From: Spongospora subterranea f. sp. subterranea
Lineage: Eukaryota
Direction of reading: 5' to 3'
Length of the DNA: 64,000 bases
NCBI GenBank assembly: GCA_049724395.1
Contig: JAUGWO010000142.1
Location: 62,001-126,000 of the forward strand
Shown here: piece after piece, positions 62,770 to 64,000 of the stretch
Layout: every line of letters starts with the position of its first letter
Numbering within the stretch: the first letter of the stretch is position 1
Program-made: the position numbers and the translations under genes
The notes under the pieces: generated by a model
Told to the model about the DNA's origin: nothing
Seen by the model: only the letters and a program-made list of their open reading frames with translations
Database searches by the model: none

Positions 62770-63422
62770 TCACCCAGTCGATGAACGCAATGGTCCCGCA
62801 GCCATTATTCTGGACATTGACATGTTCCGAGCGGCGACATGAACTGCATTTGACATGTTGACGCTTCGATTCATTGTAGACACCTTTACCATTCTTAAGG
62901 CCTTGCCTGCGGCAACCTTGAGGAACTGTAAGTTTCCGAGCAACGGGTAATGTCCAGAAAAAATGCAGTGGGACCATTGCGTTTCTGTCGTTGACAGCAG
63001 CCGTGAAGTTCTCGCGGTAAGCAAGTACAACGTGTAGCCTTTGACCCAGAACTCGTTTGATGGCCGAGGGTTGGCGATGGGGCGCTCATCCCCGCCGGCA
63101 TGGCTGCTCATCTCAATGTCCGACCCCAGCGAAATTGTGCCGCGCTCCCCACTTCGGAAAGAGATTGTTGAATGGCGAACAGAGTCCTTACGATCGATGT
63201 GATCGCCGGAATCACCCCGTTGAGTAAAATCACGGGAATCGCACGCAGGGGCACTGGGCACCCTGCAAGGACGCTATCGTTCGTCCTTGCATCTCGCCTA
63301 TTGCATTGTGCTTTCGTACAATAGTCAACGCGATGGCGACCAGAATGAAGGAAGGAACACCCACACACCGTGTCGCCATCCATAATCGGCCTCTCGGGTA
63401 CATCAGTCGAGACTTTACTCAT
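62770..63422 (-). CDS. Hypothetical protein (model uncertain)
   Basis: 163-aa open exon plus a probable upstream exon (MSKVSTDVPERPIMDGDT). No family recognised. Confidence 0.35.
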
Positions 63423-64000
63423 CCGGCGCCTACACCGGTGTTTCGAATGCCGAATCTCGATGGCAGGACTTTGGTTTGCGAATCAGAGTGGCGAATTTCT
63501 TGATGGATCCTCCACATGATAATGATCATATCTGTTATCAATGACCATTCAGTGTCAGCTGATATACAAATCTGTGTATGCTGGTCATTGTCAATATTCA
63601 TCCGCACGACCTGGTTTCGCCATTCGGTCCATCAAGTCGCCGCGTTGATCACGTTCTTCTTACGCGCGACCGAGATCGCATCGAAGGGGCCTACCTAGTG
63701 GCAGTAGTGTGGTTTCGAGTTTTCTGAGGTATCTTCTCGCAAGCGATTGTCCCAATTGTTGGGCACTCCGCTTGGAGGAATAGCGAGTTGACCCTGACAT
63801 TAGCACCTGGTGTAGTTGGTGCGGTATTACCAGTGTTGAGTCGATTAGAACCGCGATGCATTGATTGGAACGGTCTCGTTCAGCATTCGTGTTCTTGAAA
63901 ACTCAAAGGTTAGAGGGTTTCTCTGCTATTTGCGGGACCCCGTTGTTTGGCCGCTGTTCTAGTATGATCGACCGGGTTCAGGTTGTTTTCACGTTCTTGG

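Noticed and set aside
63800..63850. tRNA (TGGTGTAGTTGG A-box-like)
   Set aside because: No B box, anticodon arm or acceptor stem.

Overview
Compact, intron-rich eukaryotic nuclear DNA with mostly ~50-70 nt GT-AG introns. The gene content and architecture suggest a protist, plausibly a plasmodiophorid/Phytomyxea (inference, not provable from this window). About 24 protein-coding genes are present: Rab2, a fungal-type indoleamine 2,3-dioxygenase, RPAP3-like, a CW/ARID chromatin protein, a head-to-head pair of ankyrin + long coiled-coil genes, RCL1, a PHD-finger protein, an MFS transporter, ubiquilin, an ~11 kb VPS13, two mitochondrial carriers, TAF12, YME1, cyclin C, PA2G4/EBP1, an MCMDC2-like gene, TADA1, API5 and several hypotheticals. 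There are also minisatellites and decayed transposon fragments. I found no rRNA, tRNA or CRISPR. Three things stand out. (1) The coiled-coil halves of the two ankyrin genes align by eye along their length with euglenozoan paraflagellar-rod (PFR1/PFR2) proteins. (2) At least eight +1 reading-frame breaks and one -1 break interrupt otherwise intact conserved genes and cannot be explained by canonical introns. These are most likely assembly indel errors, but recoding or editing is not excluded. (3) VPS13 carries an inserted DysF domain.
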